From Tubiluchus corallicola (Eukaryota > Animalia > Priapulida): a stretch of DNA of 64,000 nt. Of the stretch, positions 15,173 through 27,478 are shown piece by piece. Every line of letters begins with the position of its first letter. The stretch's first letter is position 1. Position numbers and translations under genes: made by a program. Location: positions 1,736,001-1,800,000 of the forward strand of contig JAQGDQ010000003.1 of the NCBI GenBank assembly GCA_030141605.1, given 5' to 3'. The notes below the pieces were generated by a model. That model was not told where the DNA came from. It saw nothing but the letters and a program-made list of their open reading frames with translations, and made no database searches.

Positions 15173-16374
15173 GTTGCTTTGCTGTTTCTTCTCCCACTTT
15201 TTGCAAGTCGGACAATCTGTGTTGTCAGCAGTATGGCGGCACGCACAATTTGCACATTTGGTTTCCTCTGATGAACAATCTTGCGTTTTGTGATTCCCAG
15301 CACACTTTTTACATACTGGATTTTTCTTACAGAGTCTAGCTATGTGATTGAACTTCTGACAATTAAAGTATCTGATTGGTTTTCGCAAAAACAAGAATTT
15401 GTCAACACAGCATAACATATTACCGATGAAAAGTCCTTCTTCTATAGCTTGTTCTAAGTCGCTTTCCTGTTCGAATTTCACCGTTGTTAGAATTTTCTCC
15501 TGTTTATGAAACCTTTCTATGCTTGCTCCAGGATAAGCTTTAGACACAAAGTTTTGCACTTCTTGATCAGTTAGTTCAGTGTCGACGTCACGTATTAATC
15601 CGATTCTGTTTTGTATAGGGTGTCTTGCATTTGAAACCTCCCAAAAACTCGGGTCTCCTATTAGCTACAACAGCCTGAGCCTCCTCAGCATCACGAAATT
15701 GAAGCTGCACATTACCTCTTGTGGTTTTGTAGGCCAATCAAATCTCGGTTTCGGAAAATGTATGCTGATGTGCTTCTTAATAAGCATACTATTAGCAATC
15801 AAATCCCTTCTTTTCACATTCTCTATAATAACAGTTTTGTTCGCCTCGTATTCAACAGTTCTTCGGTTCATTGGTTTAACTATACTACTTCCTGGACGAG
15901 CTACAGAATCGTTTCCATTCGAAGTTTTAACATTCTGCATTAGTTTACCTGCATAAGACATCTGTACAGAATTATTTTTCCGTGATTCATCTTCTAATTG
16001 CTGAATTCTAGTAAGAGACTGTGCATGACTAGTTTTTAACTTTTCCAAGGCAGCAGTAACGTTCCTTAACACTTTGAAAAGACCATCAATTATTTTGTGT
16101 AAATATTTTGCATACTTACAATCGTTAGCATCGCCCCAAGGTATTTTGTCATCCTTGCCTCCAACGAGTGCAGAGCGGTCAGGCGAAGTCGGCAACATAA
16201 TTGCTTCGGTTTCGTGATTATTACTATTTGACGAACATTTTTTTGTACACATTTGTTGCAAATTTTAAGCCCACCGAACTCGGGTCTTTTACAAACATCT
16301 GTGTTTCTACGGCAAATTATGCATGTGTTCCGCTCTCGTTTTCCAGTTGTATTAGCTGCTGCCACAGGTTTCAT
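15161..16374 (-). pseudogene. LINE ORF1 (gag-like), frameshifted
   Basis: Fragments in three ORFs; [Y]FNCQKFNHIARLC, CKKCAGNHKTQDC and CANCACRHTADNTDC knuckles. Confidence 0.85.
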
Positions 16375-16632
16375 TTTGTGTGCCAATTTCACCTTGTAAA
16401 TAGGCCTGCACACCTTTAACGAATTTTCAATCAATGTTCGAATGCCAATAGCACAATAACCATACCACGAAAATTGACAAATTATATATTAAAAGCACAG
16501 CAATATCACGAAGATTAAGATGCTCAAGTTATTTCTCAGCTAAGTCTGATTTTTCGCCACTTAAATTATCAAGTTATAAAAACTTTTCATGGACGATCAA
16601 GATTTGTACCTGCACAAAATGAGCGCATGCGC

Positions 16633-16652
16633 AGAGAGAGAGAGAGAGAGAG
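16633..16652. repeat. (AG)10 microsatellite at the LINE 5' flank
   Basis: Direct reading. Confidence 0.95.
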
Positions 16653-17450
16653 GGGGGGTTACAACTACTAGTAGTACTAAGCTGTCTACCTAGAGTCCTA
16701 GACACACTATTACACTACAGGTAATAACCGTCGTGACTCAGCAACTTTTGTTACGAGTTAGGCAGATTTTGTAGCTTTTGAAAATATTTGTCTGAAGTCT
16801 TTGCAACTGCAGAATTAAAATGGCAAGTTGTTATTCTGCCTGCTCAGCAAAAACCAAAGCCTCCATAAACCTGCTCTAAGCAGAACACAAAAAGTGGCTA
16901 GAAAGTCGACCAAAATCTTATTCTGTTTAATAGCTTTACGAATAATAGCTATTTGAATAAAAACAATGCTCAAAGTGTATGCCGAAAGATGCTATATTAA
17001 TTAGTCTGCTAACAAAAAATACGCTGTGAGCAATATATGGGTAAATTTCTATTTTGAGAATAAAATGATTCCCGCGTTTTGACATGCGATCTAGGCACTG
17101 TTCTAAAATGGAATAATTAACAGGAACAACTGGACATGCTACACACCATATGGCTAGGTAATAGGTACACTAAAAAATATTTATTGCTTTCACTGCTTCC
17201 TCTCATTGAAGTCCTTATCACTTCAGAACACAGATGAAAAATAATCTCTAGTTCTAAATATTTAGAAAAAAACAGAATGGCAGTAATACAACATAAGATT
17301 TTTACAAGTTTGATATAAGCAAAATATTAATTACTGCTAACAATGTTCATGCAAAAATGGTACAGTGAATTAGCTCTTGTCGACAGATAACACAGCGTGA
17401 TTAGTTTTATTTTAGTTAGCTGAGCACACAGTATTACCACAACTACTATT

Positions 17451-17503
17451 ACTAGTAGTAGTAGCAGCAGTAGTAGCAGCAGTAGTAGCAGCAGTAGTAG
17501 CAG
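17451..17503. repeat. (TAG/CAG)n trinucleotide microsatellite
   Basis: Direct reading. Confidence 0.9.
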
Positions 17504-18903
17504 TTTATTGACCAGTGACGAACACAACGGGTAACGAATTGTCTGGGTTGGTCCAACACATAATATAAGTATTGTCCAATTCGAAAGCATAAATAAAATA
17601 AATAACTGAAATTGAAAAAAGCAGAAAAAACAATAAAGATGTTGCTGTAAGCTGAATCAATGAAATCACATGTTCCGCAAGACAAAATTCTACAATGCAT
17701 TACAGCATAAGTGAATAAATGTTCAACGTTTCAAAAACAGCAGAACATAGTGTTTTACAACTTTCAGATCTGAAAAATTCCAACGATTTGAAAGTCTATT
17801 AAATGTCCATATTTATTTCTAACTGGCTGAGACTCAGCACACTGGCACAGTACATGAATCTCACATTGAACGTCTTGGCTTCTTAGCTGTCGCACATACA
17901 CTTCCGGTTGGTTACTTCTTGAAACTCGGTTTCACCGCACAGTTTCAATAGCATTATTCTACTACATTATTCTTATTCACATAACAGAAATTTTCAAAAC
18001 AAGAGTGGAAATGTAATTTCATACTGTTCAGGTACCATGTCCATGATATTATGCAGCAATTTCATATTATTCAAGCACCAAGTCCATAATATCATATAAC
18101 ACATCTTTATGAAATGTAAAATAATTAAGGCTGTTAGAAGTCGTGTGCTACTGTAATGCAACTTTATAAACAGTAACTAACCGCAAATCGCAGAACTTTT
18201 AATTTGCTTTACCACTCCCAAAAAAGTTTCAAGTTGCAAGAAAAATGAGAAATTCATTGGCATTACTAATCATTTACAAGAGCGTTAATGATGGCAGTAA
18301 TTATTTACGTTTAGGTTGATCATTAAAGACGGTTTGGTTGTAATGCGGCAGCCGACATTCGTCTCAATTAGAAAGTGAATTTGGAAACTTTTAAATTGGG
18401 CGATAAAATTTTGTGGCTTTGACTTTTTCTACAACTTGTAAAATGAAAACAGTTCGCTGTGCAAACGGCATCTTGACAGCATATGTAACCAGGCATCTGA
18501 AGCCTAAGGAAAGCCAGCAAAGCACAGGCAGACCAAGGAAACTGTCTTCAGTTCCAGCAATAAATGGTTTACAGATAGCCCATTTCTCTGTCCATTAGGC
18601 TAGTCAGATCAGCAAGGCTTAGTCAGCAAAAACGTTTTATTTACAGTACATTTACGTTGCAATATTGGTATGGTGTGAATGAATGGCATATTGTGAGGAA
18701 GCATTTTTTGGTTGGGGAAAAATGTTAGTTGTTGGCATGCATGAAAAGGTCTGATAAAGACGTTCTTCTGTTACAAGTTATATGGTAACCTGAGCGATTT
18801 TAGTACAAAGAAAATCTGAACTACAGAAACAGAAAAAGTGTAATTGAAAAACAAAGCCGATTAATTTTGCTTATTCCTGGTAAGTCTTAACAGACTGGTT
18901 TTA

Positions 18904-19165
18904 TGTAATGTAATGTAAATTCATTTATATAGCACACTACATCATTTAAAATCTCAACACGCTGAACAATAAAATACGTTTAAAATTCATAAGAAACATA
19001 AAATTTAAAGGATAATAAGAATTAAAAATAATTCATCATAAAAATACAATTTAAACAAATGTGTTTTAAGATGTTATTTAAAACAATCTCATGAATTTGT
19101 AGAACGTATAGCAACAGGTAAGTTATTCCAGAGACGAGGAGCACACACAGAGAAAGCTTTATTCA
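18904..19165 (-). mobile_element. L2-like LINE 3' end fragment
   Basis: Minus translation AFSVCAPRLWNNLPVAIRS...HLKTHLF, with a (TTACA)n tail. Confidence 0.7.
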
Positions 19166-19398
19166 GTTTTGTTTTGACATCAAGGGCAAACAGCGAGAAA
19201 ACTCAGTTGATCACATAAAACTAAAAATCTGTTTAGAACTTTAGTTCTATATCGGCCATTTTGGCAAAAAGATTCTTTTGTTGTTTTTTATAAATTTACG
19301 TAAATACTTCATTTGGCGAATGCTATTTAGTTATACCCCATAATGTATCCATCTGTGAGAATAGTATTATTTGATAATAAAATTTATTACAAACATAC

Positions 19399-19436
19399 CT
19401 TCTTCGTCTAGTAGAACATTGTCAGGTTTAATGTCT
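19399..19436 (-). CDS. STK32: STK32 kinase, exon 4
   Basis: ttttcag|(R)DIKPDNVLLDEE+G|gtatgt; catalytic loop; 38 nt. Confidence 0.95.
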
Positions 19437-19562
19437 CTGAAAAAACAAAGCACATACTTTATAAAATCCATACGCAAAATAGATAAGTCTCAGAATATTC
19501 AAAGATGCTATGGATCACGTTTATAAGAGGTGACAAATACATAAATTCTACTTTGGGATTGC

Positions 19563-20250
19563 TTAAAGGCCCAAGATAGAGCCAAAATGTAAGAATTACG
19601 GCATTCAGTTTCCATATTTCAAATACATTAACTCGCAAATGGAGAGGGCAATAATCACGAAATTTCCAGGCTAGATACCTGGAGAGGGACCTTGAAAATG
19701 GCCTCTGGGTAAGCGGTGACCTCGGTCAACAGCTCAAGAACACTGGACATCAATCAGTTTTTAGATTTAACTTCTCCTAGGGTTTGAGATAAATTCAAAT
19801 TTTTTCATAAGTATTTAGGTACTGTGGGTAGATATGTAGTTGGGCTTGTAAAAACCTGGGGCTCTTTAATGGTCGGAGAACAGCGGCAAAATGTATAACG
19901 TTAAATGTAACTCTAAACTACAGAAATTAGATTCACAAATATGTAAGGTAACACTCAGACTAGGGGCTCAGACGATAATATAATTAAAAAAGTTGGAATT
20001 GTGCAAGGACGCAAGACAGGAATGAAAATTAGAGCATCTAGTTTTAATTCATGTTAACTCGCAAACGAATAGTGTAAGAGTCACGATATTTGTAGGGTAG
20101 ACACCTGTGTTACGAGCTTTGAAAATTGTTTGGAGAAAGGTGACCTCCGTCATAGGGTCAAGGAATCTGCACACGTGTCAGTTTTCTTATTGTCAAATAG
20201 GCTGCCAGTAAATTCAGATCTTTTTCGTAAGTTTTAAGGCATTGTGGGGT
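19563..20250. repeat. Probable DNA-transposon remnant with two diverged internal units
   Basis: TAACTCGCAAA...TCACGA...TTGAAAAT...GGTGACCTC...TAAATTCA...TGTGGG occurs at ~19629-19828 and ~20055-20249; begins TTAAAGG. Confidence 0.55.
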
Positions 20251-22270
20251 AATGATCTACAGTTTTTTACATGAGTAAATCACAATTGTACAGGCATGGT
20301 GAAGTGATAAATACCATCATTTTTGTAGATTTCATTCTGAATCCATTCAGCCTTGTCCTTATAGGGATTTAAATCAACCTAATGATATCAAAATAACAAG
20401 GCTAAAATGATAGTGATGCGTTTAAAGAAGTTTAAGGAAGCTGACAGTAAACAACTCAGCCTGTTAACACGACCATAATTCAAAACTGCACCTCAATATC
20501 GATTACCGGTACCAACACTTGTTTTAGTTAACTTTTCTGTTGATTTAATGGTTTATTAAAAACTAATTAATTTGGACTTCAAGTTCTGAGTGGGTATTTC
20601 GGTAGCTGAATCTCGAGTGTAGATGCCTCTTCCAACCAATAAAACCAATAAGGTACACGAGGAACTTAAAACAATTTTAATTATGTGTTAACCTCTGCGA
20701 CCTGCTATCTTCTTAGCTTGCTGGTACCTTAAGGCATCTGGTAAAACAATACCTTCAGCGCTGCAATAAAACAATAGCTAGTAGACGAGTGAAACAGTGC
20801 GAGTACGTAAGTGCCTGCGACTGAGGAGGGGTGAGTGATTGAGATTCTAAATAAAGGTGATAGTAAAAGGTGAGAGATGAATGCATTAGGAAAGCATGAA
20901 TGGATGAACAGAACAGATTATTGTTTGATAGCCACGTCTATTATTACATTAAACCTTTTATAGTCTTGATGATCTCCAAAAATGCTGGCAGTCTGGCAAA
21001 ATATTTAGATTTGTCACCATTAGCATTGGTATAGTGGGTAGCTTATTGATTTACTTTCAGTCTTTTTCCAATCTGATTTATCATGTTATCAATGTTGTCA
21101 TTCTGCAGTTAACAAGTTTCTTACAAATTACTTTTCGAAAAGACAGATCTGTGCAATGCGGAAATAATTAACTAAACACTTGAATAAAATGAGAACTGTT
21201 CACTGTAGAATTCTGCAATTATTTGCAATAAACCAGAGCCAATTTAGGCTCATTCAAAAACTCGTTGCGTGCACTTCTGAGAAACACTCATATTTTCACA
21301 AAATCACGCAGAAACTAGCGACTGACGAAGACAGCTAGAAAATGGTAAAATAGGAATTCTATATTTCCTGTATAAATATAGCGTGATAGGCACACCGTAA
21401 CTTATGAGCTGTGTAACTGTAATATTTGCATTTTATTACTTTTCCTTGTTTTGATCTTAAGTACCGATTTTTTATGTACAAATTTATTTGAGTCAGTGTG
21501 CACTAATCCTGTAACTGTAGTTTCATTTTTTTCGAGACACATTTATTATTGGAAGAGAAATCGCCAGAAACTTACTGAATGACTGTACACTATATTACAT
21601 GTACAATATATATATTTTAACATAATATTGTAAGCATAGCTAACATAAATCAGAAATTATCTGGCTGGAAAAACCATGTAGTTAAGCAGTAACATGTAAA
21701 AATAACATATATGTAATGATGCAAAATGGTTGTTGCCTTGTTAGTTTCCTATATCCTGTTTTCCTATATCAAGATTATTTCTGAACAAGTAAAAAAGCTA
21801 CAAAAAGTGAGCAAAGCTATTTATTAATTTCCTATGGACGCCAAGCAGTGGCTCTCTAATAGTTTCCTTCCGCAATCTTCACTGTCCGAAAATCTTAGCA
21901 TGGATTTCCCATTCGGTGAAAACTAACGAGAAAATGATTTGCATTTTTAGACGCTCTTAGAAATAAAACTACACAAGCGATTTCACGGTAGTGATGAAGG
22001 TTAGAAGAAGGTGAAATCAAGCCTGAAGCAAAATGGATTAATGTCAATATTGTGAAAATTATACCCATTGACAGTATAGTTGTGGAAAAGGCTTTTTTAT
22101 AAAACTTCTTTCTTGTGCTATCCTGAACATTAACAGAAAATATCATAATGTGTAAGTATTGTAATTTACATTTAGTAGAAGCTATAAATTGCATGGAATC
22201 TATCGAATTAAGCGGTATTGGCGAGGTCCAATAGCAATCGCGCAAAACTTTCAAAACGCTTTTCCAGAAC

Positions 22271-22520
22271 TACTGGTATTCGAGTTTCGGGACGGGATCA
22301 AGATCAGCGGTTCGGGATTGGGGTTCGGGACGTTGAGTTCGAGGTCCGGATTTTTCGGCTTCGGGATCGAGGATCGGATCGGGATGAAATGTTCAGGGCC
22401 AGAATCCTCGAACAGTTATCAGTAAATGGAGATTAGAAAACTAAATCGAAATCCCGCAATTTTAGCTCCATTCTATTAATATTTTGATAACTGCTACACG
22501 ATTCACCCACTTGTATGTAC
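22271..22520 (+). mobile_element. Partial copy of the hAT-like element at 51420
   Basis: TTCGGGA repeats followed by TATCAGTAAATGGA...TTGATAACTGC, shared with 51446-51650. Confidence 0.65.
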
Positions 22521-23782
22521 ATTCAAATGGTTTACAGCAATTGATAACTCCGAGAGTACTTTCAGTAATGCTGGTTTTTACACTCGCAAAGAGAGAACCT
22601 CACCACCGAGTAGTTTACATAAAATTTTAAAGAAGTCTCTTTTAACAAACGAAAAATTTTCTATGCAAAATGTATCTTGCGCTTTACTCTACAGCCTCAA
22701 CAGTGACAGAAATTTTGAACAGTTTCAACATAAACGTTGTAAGGTTCTCTATAAAAAGGCTAAATGTGGGGTGATGAATGCACGTTTTTTATTAAAATCT
22801 ATTTAACAGTAATTATTTGTGTCAATGTAGTACATTTTATACCATAGAGGAAATAGCTTATGCAGGTGCTCTATCGCGCTACTAGTTGCCTAGGTAACAA
22901 ACTCACGATTTTAATTGATCAGCCTGCGAGGTGGGAAAGCCACAAGCGACGTTAGCTCTACATGAAGAAACTGCTAATGTGAATTTTTTTTACGAGCTGA
23001 AAGAGCTGCACAAAAGTCCTCAGGATTAGCAAGTATTTTTAGAAATTTTTAAAAGCGTTTATAGTTCCATAATGCATCTCCATTTTGCAGAGCAGTTACT
23101 TTGTTGGTGAACCGCTGCAACAATGCCCCATCAGGAAATGTACGACACTTCGAAGAAGCAAATATTTTCTTAATTACTCCGCAAGAGCAACTAAAGATGC
23201 CAGTTTTCATTCAACTGTTGAGCAAATCTCAGATGTATTTTTCATTCTTTCAAATTAGAGGATTTATGGCAGGAGGTGTTACAGTGAATTGTTTGGCAAA
23301 AAGAACAGGTGCTGCAGTTAAATGCACAAAAGAAAGTTAAGTACTACTGTCGAGATTTTGTTTTGATTTTTCAGCTTTTTTGCATAAATTAGCAATATAA
23401 CAACAGTCAGGCAGATATTTTACCACACAATAATAACACATCATTTTTTATAAATGCACGCGTAACACACGCAGTGGTACACAACAGGGGAAGTAATGTC
23501 TTGTGTGTTCTACATAATAAGAAGCCACTGTACGTGCTTTCTTAGAACCACAATGCTCGCAGAAAAAAATACATTAAGCTCCTGTTTTTCCGTTACTTCA
23601 CAAGGAGCCCTGTTTTGGGGCTAATAAAATTTTAAAAAAGTTACGAAATTATTGATTACATCTATTCACTTTAACATTAGGTCACTATTATACTGACTGC
23701 TAATTAATCGACTTTACAGGTAACACGATTAGGAACTGATAATAAAGATCGCGTAACAAATTAACTTCAGTTTTAACTTATA

Positions 23783-23857
23783 ATAGTAGTGGTGGTGGTG
23801 GTGGTGGTGGTAAGGCAGCGACGGCGACGGCAGCAGAAGCAATAGTAGTAGCAGTAG
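23783..23857. repeat. Compound trinucleotide microsatellite (TGG/CGG/TAG)
   Basis: Direct reading. Confidence 0.85.
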
Positions 23858-25495
23858 TTTGACAAAGATGATCTTGTTACACGGAGTGACATACATTACT
23901 AGCAGTAGAATAACAAGATGCATCTTATATCCAGTAAAAGACATGTCCTTTAACATTACTATAAAAGCAAAACAAAAATAAACAAACACACAAAAAACAA
24001 ACTTCGCATGTCAGAGTAAAACTGTACAAATCCGCAAAATTCAAAGTAGTATGTTAAGTGTAACTACAAAAAGTGACAAAAGTTACTGTCTATTTAACAC
24101 CTTTGCCCTAGAAAGACACTTATGGGATCTAGTGAAAAGCAGTCAGGGTGGAATCGAATCCATAAAAGCGGCTAATGACGTCAAATACATCCGGATGCAG
24201 GATCTATCAATCATCTATACTTAATCATCTATAGGAAATCTTATTTGAAAATCACTGAAACTCACGTTCCTTCATTAAATTTTATTTTAGTAAACAAAGT
24301 GCGTGCCCGTGCTAGCGATAGGAATTGCTCCTCTATTGGAAATTATTGCAATCGGTAGTGTATGCAGTATATGCCTGGGATTTGGCTATAAAAGAACTCT
24401 AGTTTGAAATATATAGTCTTTGGTATGACGATGCGAGATGAGAACGAACACACACCAAAAATCTATAATCTATAAACGAAAATCATTGATAATCACCGAC
24501 AATTATGTTAAAATATATTTAATGCGCGTACACACAACTTTCATTGGCGAATTGCTTGATGCTAATTTCGCAGTTTCCGCTAAAGTTACGCATCATGAAT
24601 CTTGAAACTTGAAAATTCGTCAACGACATTCAGTTTTAATTTCTTAGTACAATGTTTATAATGTAAGATTCAACGTTAGATAAGCAGCTCCGTAGGGCTG
24701 CTTACACATTTGTTTCCAGTAAGCAAAGAATATCGGAAACCAGCAAGCAATTTCATTCTGCGTGTGTGTTTCCCCAAACGAAGCAAGGTGGATCAAACAA
24801 ATCCCATTATATTGTTTTTCTGCTTTCATTTAGATGACTCTGAATTGGGAATACATTGCCGTTGCTAGGCACAAGATTATTGAACAACTTGCAAAATTGC
24901 GCTAAACGACATGAGCTGAGAAGAGCGGCATAGCAAGCGACGAGTGACTAGACGCACAGAGGTGCCCGCGCGTCCGGCAAACCGCTAGCCACACAGCGAT
25001 AATTAAAACTGTGACTTGACTCACTTTAACAGAACGAATATTATTAATGCTATTGTGTTGAAGAGCATTACTCATTTAAGAATAAAATTAGAAAAAGGTC
25101 AAAAGTCAGTCAGAGATTCCACAAATGCTGTAACGCTAAAGCGAGTTAAAATGAGCAAAATGCTGAGCTAATGCGATAATTACATGTGTGTAGTTTATTT
25201 ATAATCTCACGAAAGAAACATTTTTATTAAAAATAAGAAATTCCGCAGTATAAACTAATAGTCTAAGACACGCAAAACTAGCCTTCTACTCAGACAAGTC
25301 AAATGTTATATACCGTATCAGAAAAACACAGGTAATATAAATTTTCTAATCTTCATGTTTAATTAACAAGCAGATGCTGAATAGGTATATCTTGATCTGC
25401 ATATATGGGATCGCTTAATGTTTCTGACATCTAGCTAACATTTTAGCAGACGGAAAAAGTCAAATACTGAAATGGACAAGGGTCATGTACATTTT

Positions 25496-26332
25496 GGGTG
25501 TAAGTCAAAGGACCACCAGACGAAAGACCAAAGGTAAGATGATCACCAGACAAATGAACACCAGTCAAGGACCACCAGTCGAAGAAATAAGTACCACAAG
25601 ACAAGTAAGGACCACTGGTAAAAGATTCACCTGAAAAGACCTTGCAAATACAAAGGACCACAGGTTAAAGTACCACCAAATAAAAATTAACAGACCACGC
25701 AAATGTGAATGGAAAAACCATTAGAGAATGAGTTATACTATAATATTTGCAAAGGTCAAACTGTAAAATCCTACATTATTTATTTGTGAGTACCTTGTAT
25801 TCACTAGGCCGCTGCTGTTTGTGCACTGAATTACTCGACCAGGCCTATTCCCATCGTGAGTGAGTCACTGAGTGACACTGATCCGCAATCATTCACGCAC
25901 GTTGGGTACCCCGATGATTGGATATGGGTTTAAACTATAGTATCAGGCATTCCTGATGGATCGTGTCCTCGGCATTCATAAAAAAATTTGTTTAAATATT
26001 ATTCCACTACAAGTTGTGCTTTAATTATTATTATAGCCACCTGTGCAAAAAAGAAAGAAAAGTCTAAAAGGCGAACCTGGATAAAAAAGTGACTACTGCA
26101 TTGAATTGCAAGAAAATTACTTCCAGATATTTTAAGAGCTACAGCTGGAAGAACTTGACAGTTTTTGCAATCATATACAAATGAAACTGGTCAGACATTT
26201 TCTGTTTTTTGCTGGACAAAGTCAGAGTTGTAATTTCACTTTTATAATGCCGAAGGTGATCCTTTGACAGGTGATCTCTGATTGGTGGATTTGTCTGGTG
26301 GTCCTTTTGACCGCCCACCTTTAAACACACCC
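25496..26332. mobile_element. Non-autonomous TIR/foldback element with GGACCAC subterminal repeats
   Basis: Left end GGGTG..GTCAAAGGACCACCAGAC with ~8 degenerate repeats; right end GTCTGGTGGTCCTTTTGAC..CACCC (inverted). Confidence 0.65.
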
Positions 26333-26872
26333 AAATTTTTGCATAAATAAATAAATATATATGTCATGGTTGAAGATATATATATTCCTCTCTTATTCCT
26401 AGTACATCTATAATAAAGGATCCAACAAGTTCATTATTCCACAGCATTTTTGTTTGCTCTAAACCAAACCACTGATCAGTGTCAAATTTCTACAGAACAG
26501 GACAATACTCGCCCTGAATATTTGGACTAAAATAAACTAGAGTACAAAACCGCTGCAAAATACAAACAAAGCTGATGTGGGTACAGTACTTGTACATCAT
26601 CACTGAGCACTCCTGAAGTCTTATATGAATAAAAAGAAAATTACCCACCAATTTCAAAAAAGCAGATAAATAATATAGCCCATTTGACTAAAATTAAACT
26701 CTTGTTTTAAAAAGGATATGAGCCAGTCTCCTAATTATGGTGGTAGTAGTATTCTTACTGAAATGAGACCACTACAAACATGCAATGGCAGTGCTCAATT
26801 TGTTCAACTGGTCTGACTGTACTGTCATAGTAGAGTCATAAAGAATTACATGCAAATATATACTAAAGAAAA

Positions 26873-27008
26873 AGTAGTAGTGGTGGTGGTGGTGGTGGTG
26901 GCAGCGGCGGCAGCGGCAGCGGTAGCAGTAGCAGTAGCAGTAGCCGTAGCAGTAGTAGTGGTAGTAGTAGTAGTAGTAGTAGTAGAAGTAGTAGTATATA
27001 TATATATA
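26873..27008. repeat. Compound (TGG)(CRG)(TAG)(TA) microsatellite
   Basis: Direct reading. Confidence 0.92.
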
Positions 27009-27151
27009 CGCAAGCAAAGGCGTCAACTTTGACAAAGTTACAGACTGCTAACCAATGATATCTGAATCAGTGCAGCCAGTCTCAAAAAATCTTAAGAGCA
27101 GGAATCTCGTTTATATTTCAAAATATTTCTAGTAAAAATGACGAAGACTTA

Positions 27152-27478
<327 letters not shown>

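Larger units (their letters stand above)
11791..16632 (-). mobile_element. Near full-length decayed non-LTR retrotransposon (I-group-like: CCHC ORF1, APE-RT-CCHC ORF2) in STK32 intron 4
   Basis: ORF1 with three Zn-knuckle-like motifs; APE motifs (LALQETK, GDLNCRH); RT motifs (YRPLSLSS, DFEKAFDSVW, GLPQGSVFSPLLF, YAND); C-terminal CLCG...HLLFDC; 3' AATAAA plus (TAAA)n tail; (GA)n on both flanks. Confidence 0.92.

Noticed and set aside
25500-25680. CRISPR-like appearance of spaced repeats
   Set aside because: Eukaryotic intron; repeats are short, degenerate and irregularly spaced, and are mirrored as an inverted arm; no cas genes.
5077-27035. ORFs with poly-VC, poly-ER, poly-L, poly-H/Y and poly-V/A runs
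   Set aside because: Translations of microsatellites.
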